Origin: an uncultured virus (IMG/VR IMGVR_UViG_3300013947_000029)
Lineage: Duplodnaviria; Heunggongvirae; Uroviricota; Caudoviricetes; Crassvirales
Reading direction: 5' to 3' (one strand)
Virus record (IMG/VR): IMGVR_UViG_3300013947_000029
DNA: 64,000 nucleotides
Shown one piece after another: positions 17,105-26,751 of this stretch (within the stretch, counting starts at the first letter, position 1; every line of letters starts with the position of its first letter). The notes below the pieces were generated by a model. It did no database searches. It saw nothing but the letters and a program-made list of their open reading frames with translations, and was not told the DNA's origin. The translations under genes were made by a program, and so were the position numbers.

Positions 17105-19360
17105 ATGAACAAAACAATACAAGATATTATAGACTTTCTTAATAAGTCTGATAAAAATCAAGCTATTACTACTACTGCTGGTGGTGTTCTTGGTAATATG
17201 ATAGGAGGGAACTATGATAGTGGAGTAGGAAATGCCTTATCAGGATTATCTACAGTGGCACAAGCTATTCCAGGTCCTTGGGGAGCTATAGCAAGTACAG
17301 GACTTAATGTATTAGGTGGTGTAACTAACAGGTTATTTGGTTCTAGTATGAATGAGCAGAATATTGCTAAAGTAGAGAATACTATTAATAATCTTAATAG
17401 TATGCAATCTGATACAAATAGCTATGATACCCTTGCTGATACTTGGAGTAATACTGCTTTTGGTGGTAATTTCTCTAATAAATATATTGGTAAAGATGGT
17501 TTATTCTCTAATAAAGCAAAAAATAAAGCAAGAGCCTTAAGAGACCAAATGAACCTTGCTAATAGTTTTGCTTTAAATACTTTAGAAAATAATGCTGATA
17601 ATATTGCAGAAACTACTAAGAACAACTTAGAGGCTACTTATGCTGCTTTAGGGGGTCCTTTAAAACAAATTATTAAAGGATGGAAAGAAAATCTTAGTCT
17701 CTTTGGAAGTCTTCCAAAAGAATTAGGAGAGGCTGCTTATAATCTTGTAAGACATGGAGATGTAAACTATCCATACAAAGGACATTTTGGAGGAGGATTA
17801 TTTGGTAGTGGTGGGGCATCAGGGGTTATTCCAGAGTATGATACAGAAGAACCAAAAAATTTTAATGAAGCTTATGACCAAGCAGTAAATAACAATCAAG
17901 AGGTATTCACATTTCGAGGATTACTGTATAATACAGATAAAGAGGTTAATCCTATAAGGGAACTGAATAATCGTTATGTGGGAGCATCAAGGAAGGATTC
18001 CTCTGAACCTATGAAAGATTATATTCACCAAGCAGGCCCATTTAAATTAGGAGGATTGGAAGATATTCCAATAGTGCATGCTTTAGGGGGATTATTGCAT
18101 CAATATGGAAATGGTGGCTCTATTCACATCAACCCTGCTAATAAAGGCAAGTTTAATGCTACTAAGAAAAGAACTGGTAAAACTACAGAAGAACTAACAC
18201 ATAGTAAAAATCCTTTGACTAGAAAAAGAGCTATCTTTGCTCAAAATGCTGCTAAATGGAATCATGCTTTTGGTGGAGAATTAAATACTCAAGGTGGAGA
18301 CTTTAGTACAGGACTTACTTTTGTAAATGCTGGCAGTAGTCATGAAGAAAATCCTTATGGAGGTATAATGATGGGTATAGCACCCGATGGTAATCCTAAT
18401 TTAGTAGAAGAAGGAGAAGCTATATATAATAATTATGTATTTAGCAATCGATTGAAGTTACCTAAAGAAGTACTAGATAAATACAAACTTAAGGGTGAAG
18501 ATATAACATTTGCTGATGCTGTAAAACAAATATCAAAAGACTCTGAAGAAAGACCTAATGACCCTGTAAGTAAAGCTACATTAGATGATATAATGTCAGA
18601 GTTAGCAGCTGTACAGGAAGGGTTAAAAGAGGAGACACAAGGACATACCTATGCTCCAGGAGGATATTTAAGATATGCCCCTGCTATAGGCCTTGGTATA
18701 ATGAGTGCTACTGATGCTTTAGGTATTACCAATAAACCTGACTATACAGAAGCTGATGCACTAGAAGATGCTGCAAAGAAGTTATCTTATAATCCTGTAA
18801 ATTGGACTCCTATAAGTAATAAACTTACATATAGACCTTTAGATAGAGATTATTATAGTAATAAACTTAGTGCTGAAGCAGGAGCTACAAGAAGAGCTAT
18901 AGCTAATCAAAGTGGTGGAAATACTAGTAGGACTATAGCAGGATTATTAGCTGCTGATTATAATGCTCAAAATCAATTAGGAGAATTGTTTAGAAAATCT
19001 GAAGAATATAATAGAGAACAACAGCAGAGAGTTGAAGACTTTAATAGAAGTACTAACTTATCTAATGCTCAAGGTATATTACAAGCAGATTCTGCAAATC
19101 AACAAGCTGCTATGAATATACAAAATACCTATCTTAATGCATTAAGTAATGTTGGTAATATAAGGAGACAAGAAAGACAAATAATTGATGCAGCAAAAGC
19201 TAATAACTTGTCAGGGCTTCTTGATACTCTTGGTGATATAGGTAGAGAAGAAACTGATATAGAAGTTGTAAAAGCTCTTAATGATGCAGGGGTATTTAGA
19301 GCACATCCTGAATTACTTGTTAAATTCCCCCACATTGGAAAACTAAAGTTAAATATATAA
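17105..19360 (+). CDS. Virion cargo/ejection protein 1
   Basis: Gly/Ala-rich hydrophobic hairpin (AIPGPWGAIA), SHEENPYGG..G...VEEGE motif, coiled-coil C-terminus; follows the muzzle gene. Confidence 0.7.
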   Translation: MNKTIQDIIDFLNKSDKNQAITTTAGGVLGNMIGGNYDSGVGNALSGLSTVAQAIPGPWGAIASTGLNVLGGVTNRLFGSSMNEQNIAKVENTINNLNSMQSDTNSYDTLADTWSNTAFGGNFSNKYIGKDGLFSNKAKNKARALRDQMNLANSFALNTLENNADNIAETTKNNLEATYAALGGPLKQIIKGWKENLSLFGSLPKELGEAAYNLVRHGDVNYPYKGHFGGGLFGSGGASGVIPEYDTEEPKNFNEAYDQAVNNNQEVFTFRGLLYNTDKEVNPIRELNNRYVGASRKDSSEPMKDYIHQAGPFKLGGLEDIPIVHALGGLLHQYGNGGSIHINPANKGKFNATKKRTGKTTEELTHSKNPLTRKRAIFAQNAAKWNHAFGGELNTQGGDFSTGLTFVNAGSSHEENPYGGIMMGIAPDGNPNLVEEGEAIYNNYVFSNRLKLPKEVLDKYKLKGEDITFADAVKQISKDSEERPNDPVSKATLDDIMSELAAVQEGLKEETQGHTYAPGGYLRYAPAIGLGIMSATDALGITNKPDYTEADALEDAAKKLSYNPVNWTPISNKLTYRPLDRDYYSNKLSAEAGATRRAIANQSGGNTSRTIAGLLAADYNAQNQLGELFRKSEEYNREQQQRVEDFNRSTNLSNAQGILQADSANQQAAMNIQNTYLNALSNVGNIRRQERQIIDAAKANNLSGLLDTLGDIGREETDIEVVKALNDAGVFRAHPELLVKFPHIGKLKLNI

Positions 19361-19378
19361 TTAAAAGGAGAAATAATT

Positions 19379-21160
19379 ATGGCAATAACAATAACAAGCA
19401 GATTTAAGCCTTTTACATATGAAGAGCTTATAAGGCCATTACTACAATATAGAGAAGCTTATGATAAAGTAGAAGCAGACTATACTACTTTAGCTACACA
19501 AGCTGAAGCATGGAAAGATGCTGCTAATAGGGAAACTAATCCCGAAGCATATAAAGCTTATACTAAATATACAGATGACCTTAATAAAATTATAGAAGAC
19601 TTTAGTAAAGGTATGAATCTTAATAATAGCAATACTCTTAATATGAAAAGAAGATATGCTAGTGAAATTATGCCTATAGCTAAAGCTGCTACAAGACTTA
19701 AAGAGTTGGAGGATGAAAGAAGAAAAGTAGATATTCAAGACCCATCTAGATTATGGCAAAGAGAATCTCTTACTATAGATGAACTTATGAAGAATCCAAG
19801 TCTTAATTTTGGAGAAAATTATAGTAGACGAGACTTGGCTGCACAGGCTTCTACTATGGCAAAAAATATAGCACAGGGATTAACTAGCTATGGCTTAGGT
19901 AAACCTATAGATAAATATACTAATACTTTTATACAAAAACATGGTTTAACTGCTGAAGATGTTCAGAGTTATATACAAGGAAATCCTACTGCTGCTGCTA
20001 AAGTTCTACAAAGTATTCATGACACTGTATTAAATAATAGTGGTATTAAAGATTGGAAAAGTGGAAGAGCTGAGAAACTAGCTAAAGAGGCTATAAATGA
20101 AGGCATGTGGTCAGCTATTGGTCCTACTACTGTACAAGCTATGGAGAATTATAGTGCAAGACAAGCATTACAGTTAGCCAACCAAAAGAAACTCTTAGAT
20201 TATAAAGGTAATCAAAATACTCAAGAAGGTCCTGGTCTTCTTCCAATAGACCCAGAACCTATTATAGTAGCTAAAGATAAAGAGAGGCAAAAGGCTGTTA
20301 ACGATTTTGGTAAGTATTTTACTGTAGGAAAAGATGGACAAACATATTTAACTGAAGAAGGATTAAAAGAATATAGAGCAGTTGGTAAAACATATGCTAC
20401 AGGACCTGCTAGTACGGCAGTGAGTGCTAAAAATGCACATTCTAGTTTTAGAAATTTCTTAGATTCTATAGGTGCAGGTAAATATATTGGCAAGGGTAAG
20501 AATATAAGGCCTGCCACAATAGGAAGAATATGGAATAATTATATTAAGAACGGGCATACTGCAGATGCTATGAAGTATACAGAATATAATATTAAAATAC
20601 ATCCGAGTGACCAAGCTAACTTAGCAGAGGCTATTAGTCTTGGCTATAAAAATAATCCTTATAAAATAGTAACGTTTAATAAAGATGATGACCCTAATAA
20701 TCCTTATGATAAATGGAAAGTAACAGGAGAAATATCACAAGCACAGATAACTAAAGGTAAATATACTCCTATAGCTATACAAGGTAGTGCTTATGGTTTA
20801 ACTTCTACTTTACAAGGAAAAGATGGTGATATTATAAGGATAAAACTGCCAGAATCCGTTGGTAATAAGAATCAAGAAAATGCAGTATCTGCTTATAGAG
20901 CTGCTGATTATTATAGTAATAAAGCTGCAGAAGCTTCTAAAAAGCTAAAAGTAGATAAGATTAATGAAGCTAGACAAGCTTATAGGGATGGTAAATTATA
21001 TGAGAAACCTTTAACAGAAGAACAAAAAGAAACTATAAGACAATGGAATGCTGCAGATATAGGATATACAAATAGTGTTAATAATGCACAAGGATATATG
21101 TCACAGATAAATAACTCTATAAAAACAACACCTACACAATATAAAGGCAAAGGCTATTAA
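19379..21160 (+). CDS. Virion cargo protein 2
   Basis: N-terminal SRFKPFTYEEL..PL motif; helical; synteny. Confidence 0.6.
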   Translation: MAITITSRFKPFTYEELIRPLLQYREAYDKVEADYTTLATQAEAWKDAANRETNPEAYKAYTKYTDDLNKIIEDFSKGMNLNNSNTLNMKRRYASEIMPIAKAATRLKELEDERRKVDIQDPSRLWQRESLTIDELMKNPSLNFGENYSRRDLAAQASTMAKNIAQGLTSYGLGKPIDKYTNTFIQKHGLTAEDVQSYIQGNPTAAAKVLQSIHDTVLNNSGIKDWKSGRAEKLAKEAINEGMWSAIGPTTVQAMENYSARQALQLANQKKLLDYKGNQNTQEGPGLLPIDPEPIIVAKDKERQKAVNDFGKYFTVGKDGQTYLTEEGLKEYRAVGKTYATGPASTAVSAKNAHSSFRNFLDSIGAGKYIGKGKNIRPATIGRIWNNYIKNGHTADAMKYTEYNIKIHPSDQANLAEAISLGYKNNPYKIVTFNKDDDPNNPYDKWKVTGEISQAQITKGKYTPIAIQGSAYGLTSTLQGKDGDIIRIKLPESVGNKNQENAVSAYRAADYYSNKAAEASKKLKVDKINEARQAYRDGKLYEKPLTEEQKETIRQWNAADIGYTNSVNNAQGYMSQINNSIKTTPTQYKGKGY

Positions 21161-21171
21161 TATTATTAAAG

Positions 21172-24100
21172 ATGAGCGCAAAGAAACAAACTTCAAATGA
21201 TATAACTAAAACTGGCCCTCAGAATTATAGAGCCATACAAAGACAAAATAATACATTATATGGGATAGATGCTCCTACAGATAAAAATTTTTTATTGCAG
21301 AGTGCCCAAGCTGACAGTTACTTAAATAATAGTCTATATAATGCTGTAGAAGCTGCTCCTACAGAAATAGAATCACCTTTGTCAAATACTAATACTCCTT
21401 TAGGTGAGAGTACTTGGGATAAAGACTATTATAATATAGAAGAATTTAATAGTGCAGGAGATATTAGAGCTAATAATCAACCAGCCATCATACAAGCTAT
21501 TAATGGTACTGCTAAAGGAGCAGTACTTGCAGGAACTACTTTTTTAAATGGTACAATTGGTTTATTATATGGTCTTGGAAATAGTATTTATGAAGGGGAT
21601 GCTTCTAAAATATGGGATAATCCTATAACACAATTTGGTAAAGAACTTAATGAAGAATCTGAAAGAATACTTCCAAACTATTATACGGAAGCTCAGAATA
21701 ACGGTCCTTGGAATACTGATAATCTAATATCTACTAATTTTTTATTTGATAAGGTTGTAAAAAATGTAGGATTCACAGTAGGGGCTGCTTTTTCTGGTGG
21801 AGTGTATACTAATCTTATAGGAAAAGTAGCACGTGGTATAGGAGGATTATATGCTCTTGCAAAAACAGGAAAAACTTTTGAAGAAGCTGCTAAGCTTGGA
21901 GCAAGAGCTATGGATATGAGTAATAAAACTAGACTACTTAAAGCTACTACAGGTTCTGTACTAAGTGCTATGGCAGAAGGTTCTATAGAAGCTATAAATG
22001 GGGCAGAAGATTATGCTAATATTTATAAACAAAAGTATGATGCTTTATCTGCAGAAAGAAGAAATCAGGCTTTGAGAGATTTTGTAATGGATGGGGGATT
22101 TGTGGATAGTGAAGGTAATCCAATTCTTGATGATTCTCCTAAATCATTTGTATTACAAGATAAATTAAATACTATAGAAGCAGATAAAAAGAAAGCATAT
22201 CAAGAGGTAGATAACACTAAATCAAGTGTAGGAGATGCTATATTAAGAATGAATCTACCTATATTGACTTTAGGCAATTTTCTTACATTAGGCAAGGCTT
22301 TTGCAGGAGGTTATAAAGCTAATAGAAACATCAATAAAACTGTTACAAGAGCTACTAAAGAAGCTAGAATGGCTGCTGAAAAAGAAGGCAAAGAGGCAGT
22401 AGAGAGGCTTAATAGAGTTGTAGAAAAAGCTAAGAATACTGGATATCAAGGACTTACTGATGCTGAAAAAGCTTTAGTAGAAGAGGGTGCTACTCATTTA
22501 GTAGGAGCTAAAACTTTAGCTACTTTAAGTGCTATTAGAGAGCCTTTAAAAGAAGGCAATGAAGAAATGTCCCAATCAGCTGCTTCTAATATAGCACAAC
22601 AATATTATGGTTCTAAAACAGATGCTATTTATAATGCTTCTACAGACCCTGAAGCCAAGAAGCAGGTATTAAGTTGGTGGGATGCTTCTATAAAAGGCTT
22701 TAAAGAGGTTTATGGGGATATTAATAATTATGAAGAAGGTCTTATAGGAGCTATAATAGGCACTTTTGGTTCTCCTACTTTTGGGAAAGCTAATAACAGT
22801 ACTTCTGAAACATATATAGGAAGAAGTAAATGGATAGGTATGACAGGAGGTGTAGTACCTAAATGGCAACATATTATGAGAAAAAGAGGATATGAGCAAG
22901 AAGTTATAGACCATGTTAATAATTATCTTAAAAGTGGTACTTTAGAAAGAGATATAAAGCATCTTATAGCCCAAACATCTTTTGATGATATAATGAGAGT
23001 AACTTCTATGATGGATGATAAAAAAGGATTTAAAGACTCAGAACTTGCCTCTATCTTTGAAAATATAATGTACTTAAAAGAAGCTGGGAAACTTGACCTC
23101 TTAGAGAATGCTATAGCTAGCTCTAATAATTTTACAGAAGAAGATGCTGCACAAATATTAGATATGGTAAAAAAAGAAGCAGGTCTTGGAGGGTCTTATA
23201 TAGCAGGATTAAAAGAAAAAAAAGAGGCTTTATATGAACAGGCAGAAGAACTTATTGAAAAGCAAGAAGAGGAAAAGAGAGCCACTGAAGAGTGGTATCA
23301 TACAGTAGAACATACTGATGAAAATAGAGAAAAGTATATTATAGCAATGCAAAGGCTACAAGAGTATGAAAGACAATATCAAGAAATAACTTCTTCTATT
23401 AAAAAACTAAATGATAAAGAAAGACAATATACAACTACCTCTCCTTATATGAAGTTTGATGGTACTTGGATGTCTGCCACAGAAGTCTTAGATGAGTTAA
23501 ATCAAAGATATAAAAAAACTAGTGATATTATCTCTTATATCTCAGATTCTATAGATAGTATAGATAATGCTACTAATGAAGTATTAACTAATGACCAGCT
23601 TAAGACTTTATTATGGTACAAAACTATGATGAAAGATTGGAGAGACCGAGCTAATAATATGTATCCCCAATTAAATAGTTTTATACAAGATATTTTAGAA
23701 AATAAAGAACTTACAGATGCTCTTGCTGAAATAGACCAACAATTAGAAGGTAAAGACCTCGATAAACTTTCTCCGGAAGATAAAATTGTATATGGGGGAT
23801 TACTTGCTGCTAGTAAGAGCTACAAGGGCTATTTTACAGCTGTTAAGAGTATATTAGAACAATTACAATCCTTGGAAAGTAGTAAAGACGCAGGATTGCT
23901 ATTATCTAAGCTACTCAATACTGATAAGAAAGTGAAAGTAGGCAAGGATAAAAAAGAGATGACCTATGGGGATTTTCTATATAACCAACTTAAAAATATT
24001 ATAGAGAGTAATCCTACTATAGATGAAGATAATAAAAAGGCCTTTAATAAGACCCTGGAAGATATAAAGAAAATAGGTGAAGACTATGGTACTTATAATA

Positions 24101-26709
24101 AACTTCTTACAGAGTATATAACCAACCCTAAGAAAATAGATGAAAATCATTCTGCTATAGATAAAGCTAATAATAAAAAAGCAGAAAAAGAGGCCTCTGA
24201 TAAAGTTAACTCAAAGTTAAGATTTACAGGTAAAGCAGGACAGTTAGCTAATGATATTAAAGCTAATGTTGATGAAATGGAAGATATACCACTAGATGGT
24301 TGGAAAGCATCCTTAGATGATGAGAAGAAAGAAAAAGTAACTGCTGCCGAAGCATTAATAGATACTGTAGATGCAATAAAACAAAGAGCAGAGCAATCAT
24401 CCTTAGATGAAGCTACTAAAAAATCAATAGATGATTTAATAACAGAGGCATTAGAAAGTAGTGATACACCAGAAGATTTATTTGATAAGCTAGGAGCAAC
24501 ACATGAGAATGGTTTTAGAGAACTTATTGAAAAAAGATTACAAGAAGAGGGGTTAGATGATTTAGCAATAGCAGACAGAGCAGAAAAAGCAGAAGCAGAA
24601 TTTAAAAAATTCTTAAATGAGAAAGCTAAGGAGATAGGAGATGCTATGGAAGCTAAAGAAAAAGCTCGTAAAGAAGAATTAGATAAAGCTGCAGAAATTG
24701 CAGAGGCTATGCAACGTAAGGAGGATGAGCAAGAAACTCCTCCTACACCTACTGAAGAACCTAAAGAAGATACTTCTGATAATACTAATACCTTAGATGA
24801 AGATAAAAAAGCTGTACAAAATCAAGGCACTAATAAAGATATTACTGACAGAGCTAAAAGAAGAGCTAACTCAGGTTATTCTACAGTATGGGCCACCAGA
24901 CCACAGCTTAGTGAAGTATATTTCTTAGGTAAAGATATGCTTACTTATATTCAATACATTAAGGAACATCCTGAATCCATTCCTACATTTATAGAAGGCT
25001 CTTCTGTAACAAAAGAACAATATATTAAATATATTGAAGCTACATATAACTATCTTGTATCTCAAGGAGCTTTTGAATATGTAAAGCATCATCTTAAAAG
25101 TGGTGACGAACTTATATTTACTTCTGATGAAGAATTAAATAAAGAAGCAGGTGTTCCTATAGTAGTAATAAAAGCTAAAGATGCTACTGGTCAATACCAT
25201 GTTGTAGGAACTATGAAATCCTCTATAGATTTTTCATGTATTGATGCTAAGAGGCAAAAATCTGTTAGGGAATTGTATAAAGGGCAGTATGAACTATATA
25301 AATCTATTATAGAGGGATTCCAAAAAGCAGAGGATAAAAGTACATTTATAGGTGCTACTACTACTGTAGCAAGACTTATGGGAGGAAATATAGCTTTTTC
25401 TAATACAGAGAGTAGTATCAGTGATATTTTTAAAAATAATGTTGGTAAAATTAAATTTGGTGTAGTTAATAGTTCAGGTTCTATCTCTACAAGTAATGCT
25501 AAAGATGATGGTAGAGTTATGCAAGTAGATATTAATAAGGCAGTACCAGGGCAAGTATATACTTTAATAGAAACTAATAGTGGTAAGTTGCTACCTGCTT
25601 TGTGTTATAGTACTTCATTAGAATCCTTATTATCTAGAACTAATGATTGGTATATAGAGCAAATAGTTAATGCTATAAAAGAATGTGCGGACTCTACTAA
25701 TTTAGGAAGTAAAAAAGCTGCCTTAGCTAAATTATTAGGAATTGCCCCTGATAATCTACATTTAAACATAGGCCATTATGATGCTACTGAAAAGAAATTT
25801 GTAGAAGATGATAATATAGAGAATGCTGATAGAATAGCTTTAAGATATACTAATAGAGACGGTAAAGAAAGATACTTTACTATTATGTTAGAAGCAGATA
25901 AGACCATTAGTGATAAAACAGCTTCTGCTGTATTATTTAATATAATTAAAGACCCAGAAGCTACATACCCTATGACAGTAAATCTTGATACTTCAAAACT
26001 TCAAGACAATGATTATTTAGAACATATAGCAAATTATTTTAATACTAATATAGTACAAGGACAAACTCACTCTGTTAATGACTGGTTTGTATATAATCCT
26101 ACAAAAATAGAAAAACCTGATAATAAAGAAAAAAAGCCTTCTCCTGTAGTTCCAAAACCCTCAGAAACCACTCCTACAGATAAACTAAAAGATACAAAGA
26201 CTGATATAAATGGTACAACTATATCAAGTACTGGAGAAGTTACTACAAAAGATAATACTATTGTAGTTGGAGAAGAAAGAAATAAAGCAATACAAGATAC
26301 TAAAGAGGGTATTAAACCTTCTGTGCCCTCAGAAACTTCTTATAGGGATTCTTTAGATATAGGAAGTCAATTATTGGGCAGCTCTGAAAAAGAGAGTAAG
26401 AAAAAAGAAAAACCATCTTCTGTATATACTGCACCACTAGCACCTAATTCAGTATCTAGAAGGAGAAGAAGAAATAAGACAGTAGTAGAAGAAGCTATCC
26501 CTAAAACTCCAGATACTTTAGAAGATACTAATAATCCTCTGCCTATGCCTAAAGCAGAATCTTCAAATCCTTTAGATAATAATAATTTAGAATATTCTAA
26601 TCTTACTGAGGAGCAACAAGAGTTATTAAAGAAACGTGGTATTGATATGCTACATTATAATAAACTTTCTCATAAACAAAAAGAAGCACTCTTAAAATGC
26701 ACAAAATAA
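21172..26709 (+). CDS. Giant virion cargo protein (1845 aa)
   Basis: Gly/Ala-rich hydrophobic N-terminal region (EGSIEA, EGNEEMSQ), long coiled coils, low-complexity C-terminus. Confidence 0.65.
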   Translation: MSAKKQTSNDITKTGPQNYRAIQRQNNTLYGIDAPTDKNFLLQSAQADSYLNNSLYNAVEAAPTEIESPLSNTNTPLGESTWDKDYYNIEEFNSAGDIRANNQPAIIQAINGTAKGAVLAGTTFLNGTIGLLYGLGNSIYEGDASKIWDNPITQFGKELNEESERILPNYYTEAQNNGPWNTDNLISTNFLFDKVVKNVGFTVGAAFSGGVYTNLIGKVARGIGGLYALAKTGKTFEEAAKLGARAMDMSNKTRLLKATTGSVLSAMAEGSIEAINGAEDYANIYKQKYDALSAERRNQALRDFVMDGGFVDSEGNPILDDSPKSFVLQDKLNTIEADKKKAYQEVDNTKSSVGDAILRMNLPILTLGNFLTLGKAFAGGYKANRNINKTVTRATKEARMAAEKEGKEAVERLNRVVEKAKNTGYQGLTDAEKALVEEGATHLVGAKTLATLSAIREPLKEGNEEMSQSAASNIAQQYYGSKTDAIYNASTDPEAKKQVLSWWDASIKGFKEVYGDINNYEEGLIGAIIGTFGSPTFGKANNSTSETYIGRSKWIGMTGGVVPKWQHIMRKRGYEQEVIDHVNNYLKSGTLERDIKHLIAQTSFDDIMRVTSMMDDKKGFKDSELASIFENIMYLKEAGKLDLLENAIASSNNFTEEDAAQILDMVKKEAGLGGSYIAGLKEKKEALYEQAEELIEKQEEEKRATEEWYHTVEHTDENREKYIIAMQRLQEYERQYQEITSSIKKLNDKERQYTTTSPYMKFDGTWMSATEVLDELNQRYKKTSDIISYISDSIDSIDNATNEVLTNDQLKTLLWYKTMMKDWRDRANNMYPQLNSFIQDILENKELTDALAEIDQQLEGKDLDKLSPEDKIVYGGLLAASKSYKGYFTAVKSILEQLQSLESSKDAGLLLSKLLNTDKKVKVGKDKKEMTYGDFLYNQLKNIIESNPTIDEDNKKAFNKTLEDIKKIGEDYGTYNKLLTEYITNPKKIDENHSAIDKANNKKAEKEASDKVNSKLRFTGKAGQLANDIKANVDEMEDIPLDGWKASLDDEKKEKVTAAEALIDTVDAIKQRAEQSSLDEATKKSIDDLITEALESSDTPEDLFDKLGATHENGFRELIEKRLQEEGLDDLAIADRAEKAEAEFKKFLNEKAKEIGDAMEAKEKARKEELDKAAEIAEAMQRKEDEQETPPTPTEEPKEDTSDNTNTLDEDKKAVQNQGTNKDITDRAKRRANSGYSTVWATRPQLSEVYFLGKDMLTYIQYIKEHPESIPTFIEGSSVTKEQYIKYIEATYNYLVSQGAFEYVKHHLKSGDELIFTSDEELNKEAGVPIVVIKAKDATGQYHVVGTMKSSIDFSCIDAKRQKSVRELYKGQYELYKSIIEGFQKAEDKSTFIGATTTVARLMGGNIAFSNTESSISDIFKNNVGKIKFGVVNSSGSISTSNAKDDGRVMQVDINKAVPGQVYTLIETNSGKLLPALCYSTSLESLLSRTNDWYIEQIVNAIKECADSTNLGSKKAALAKLLGIAPDNLHLNIGHYDATEKKFVEDDNIENADRIALRYTNRDGKERYFTIMLEADKTISDKTASAVLFNIIKDPEATYPMTVNLDTSKLQDNDYLEHIANYFNTNIVQGQTHSVNDWFVYNPTKIEKPDNKEKKPSPVVPKPSETTPTDKLKDTKTDINGTTISSTGEVTTKDNTIVVGEERNKAIQDTKEGIKPSVPSETSYRDSLDIGSQLLGSSEKESKKKEKPSSVYTAPLAPNSVSRRRRRNKTVVEEAIPKTPDTLEDTNNPLPMPKAESSNPLDNNNLEYSNLTEEQQELLKKRGIDMLHYNKLSHKQKEALLKCTK

Positions 26710-26751
26710 AAAAAAATAGGCAAGAGAAATTAATCTCTTGCCTTTCTTTTT
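26707..26751. terminator. Bidirectional intrinsic terminator at the strand switch
   Basis: A-tract + aggcaagaga-aattaa-tctcttgcct + T-tract between convergent stops at 26709 and 26750. Confidence 0.88.
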
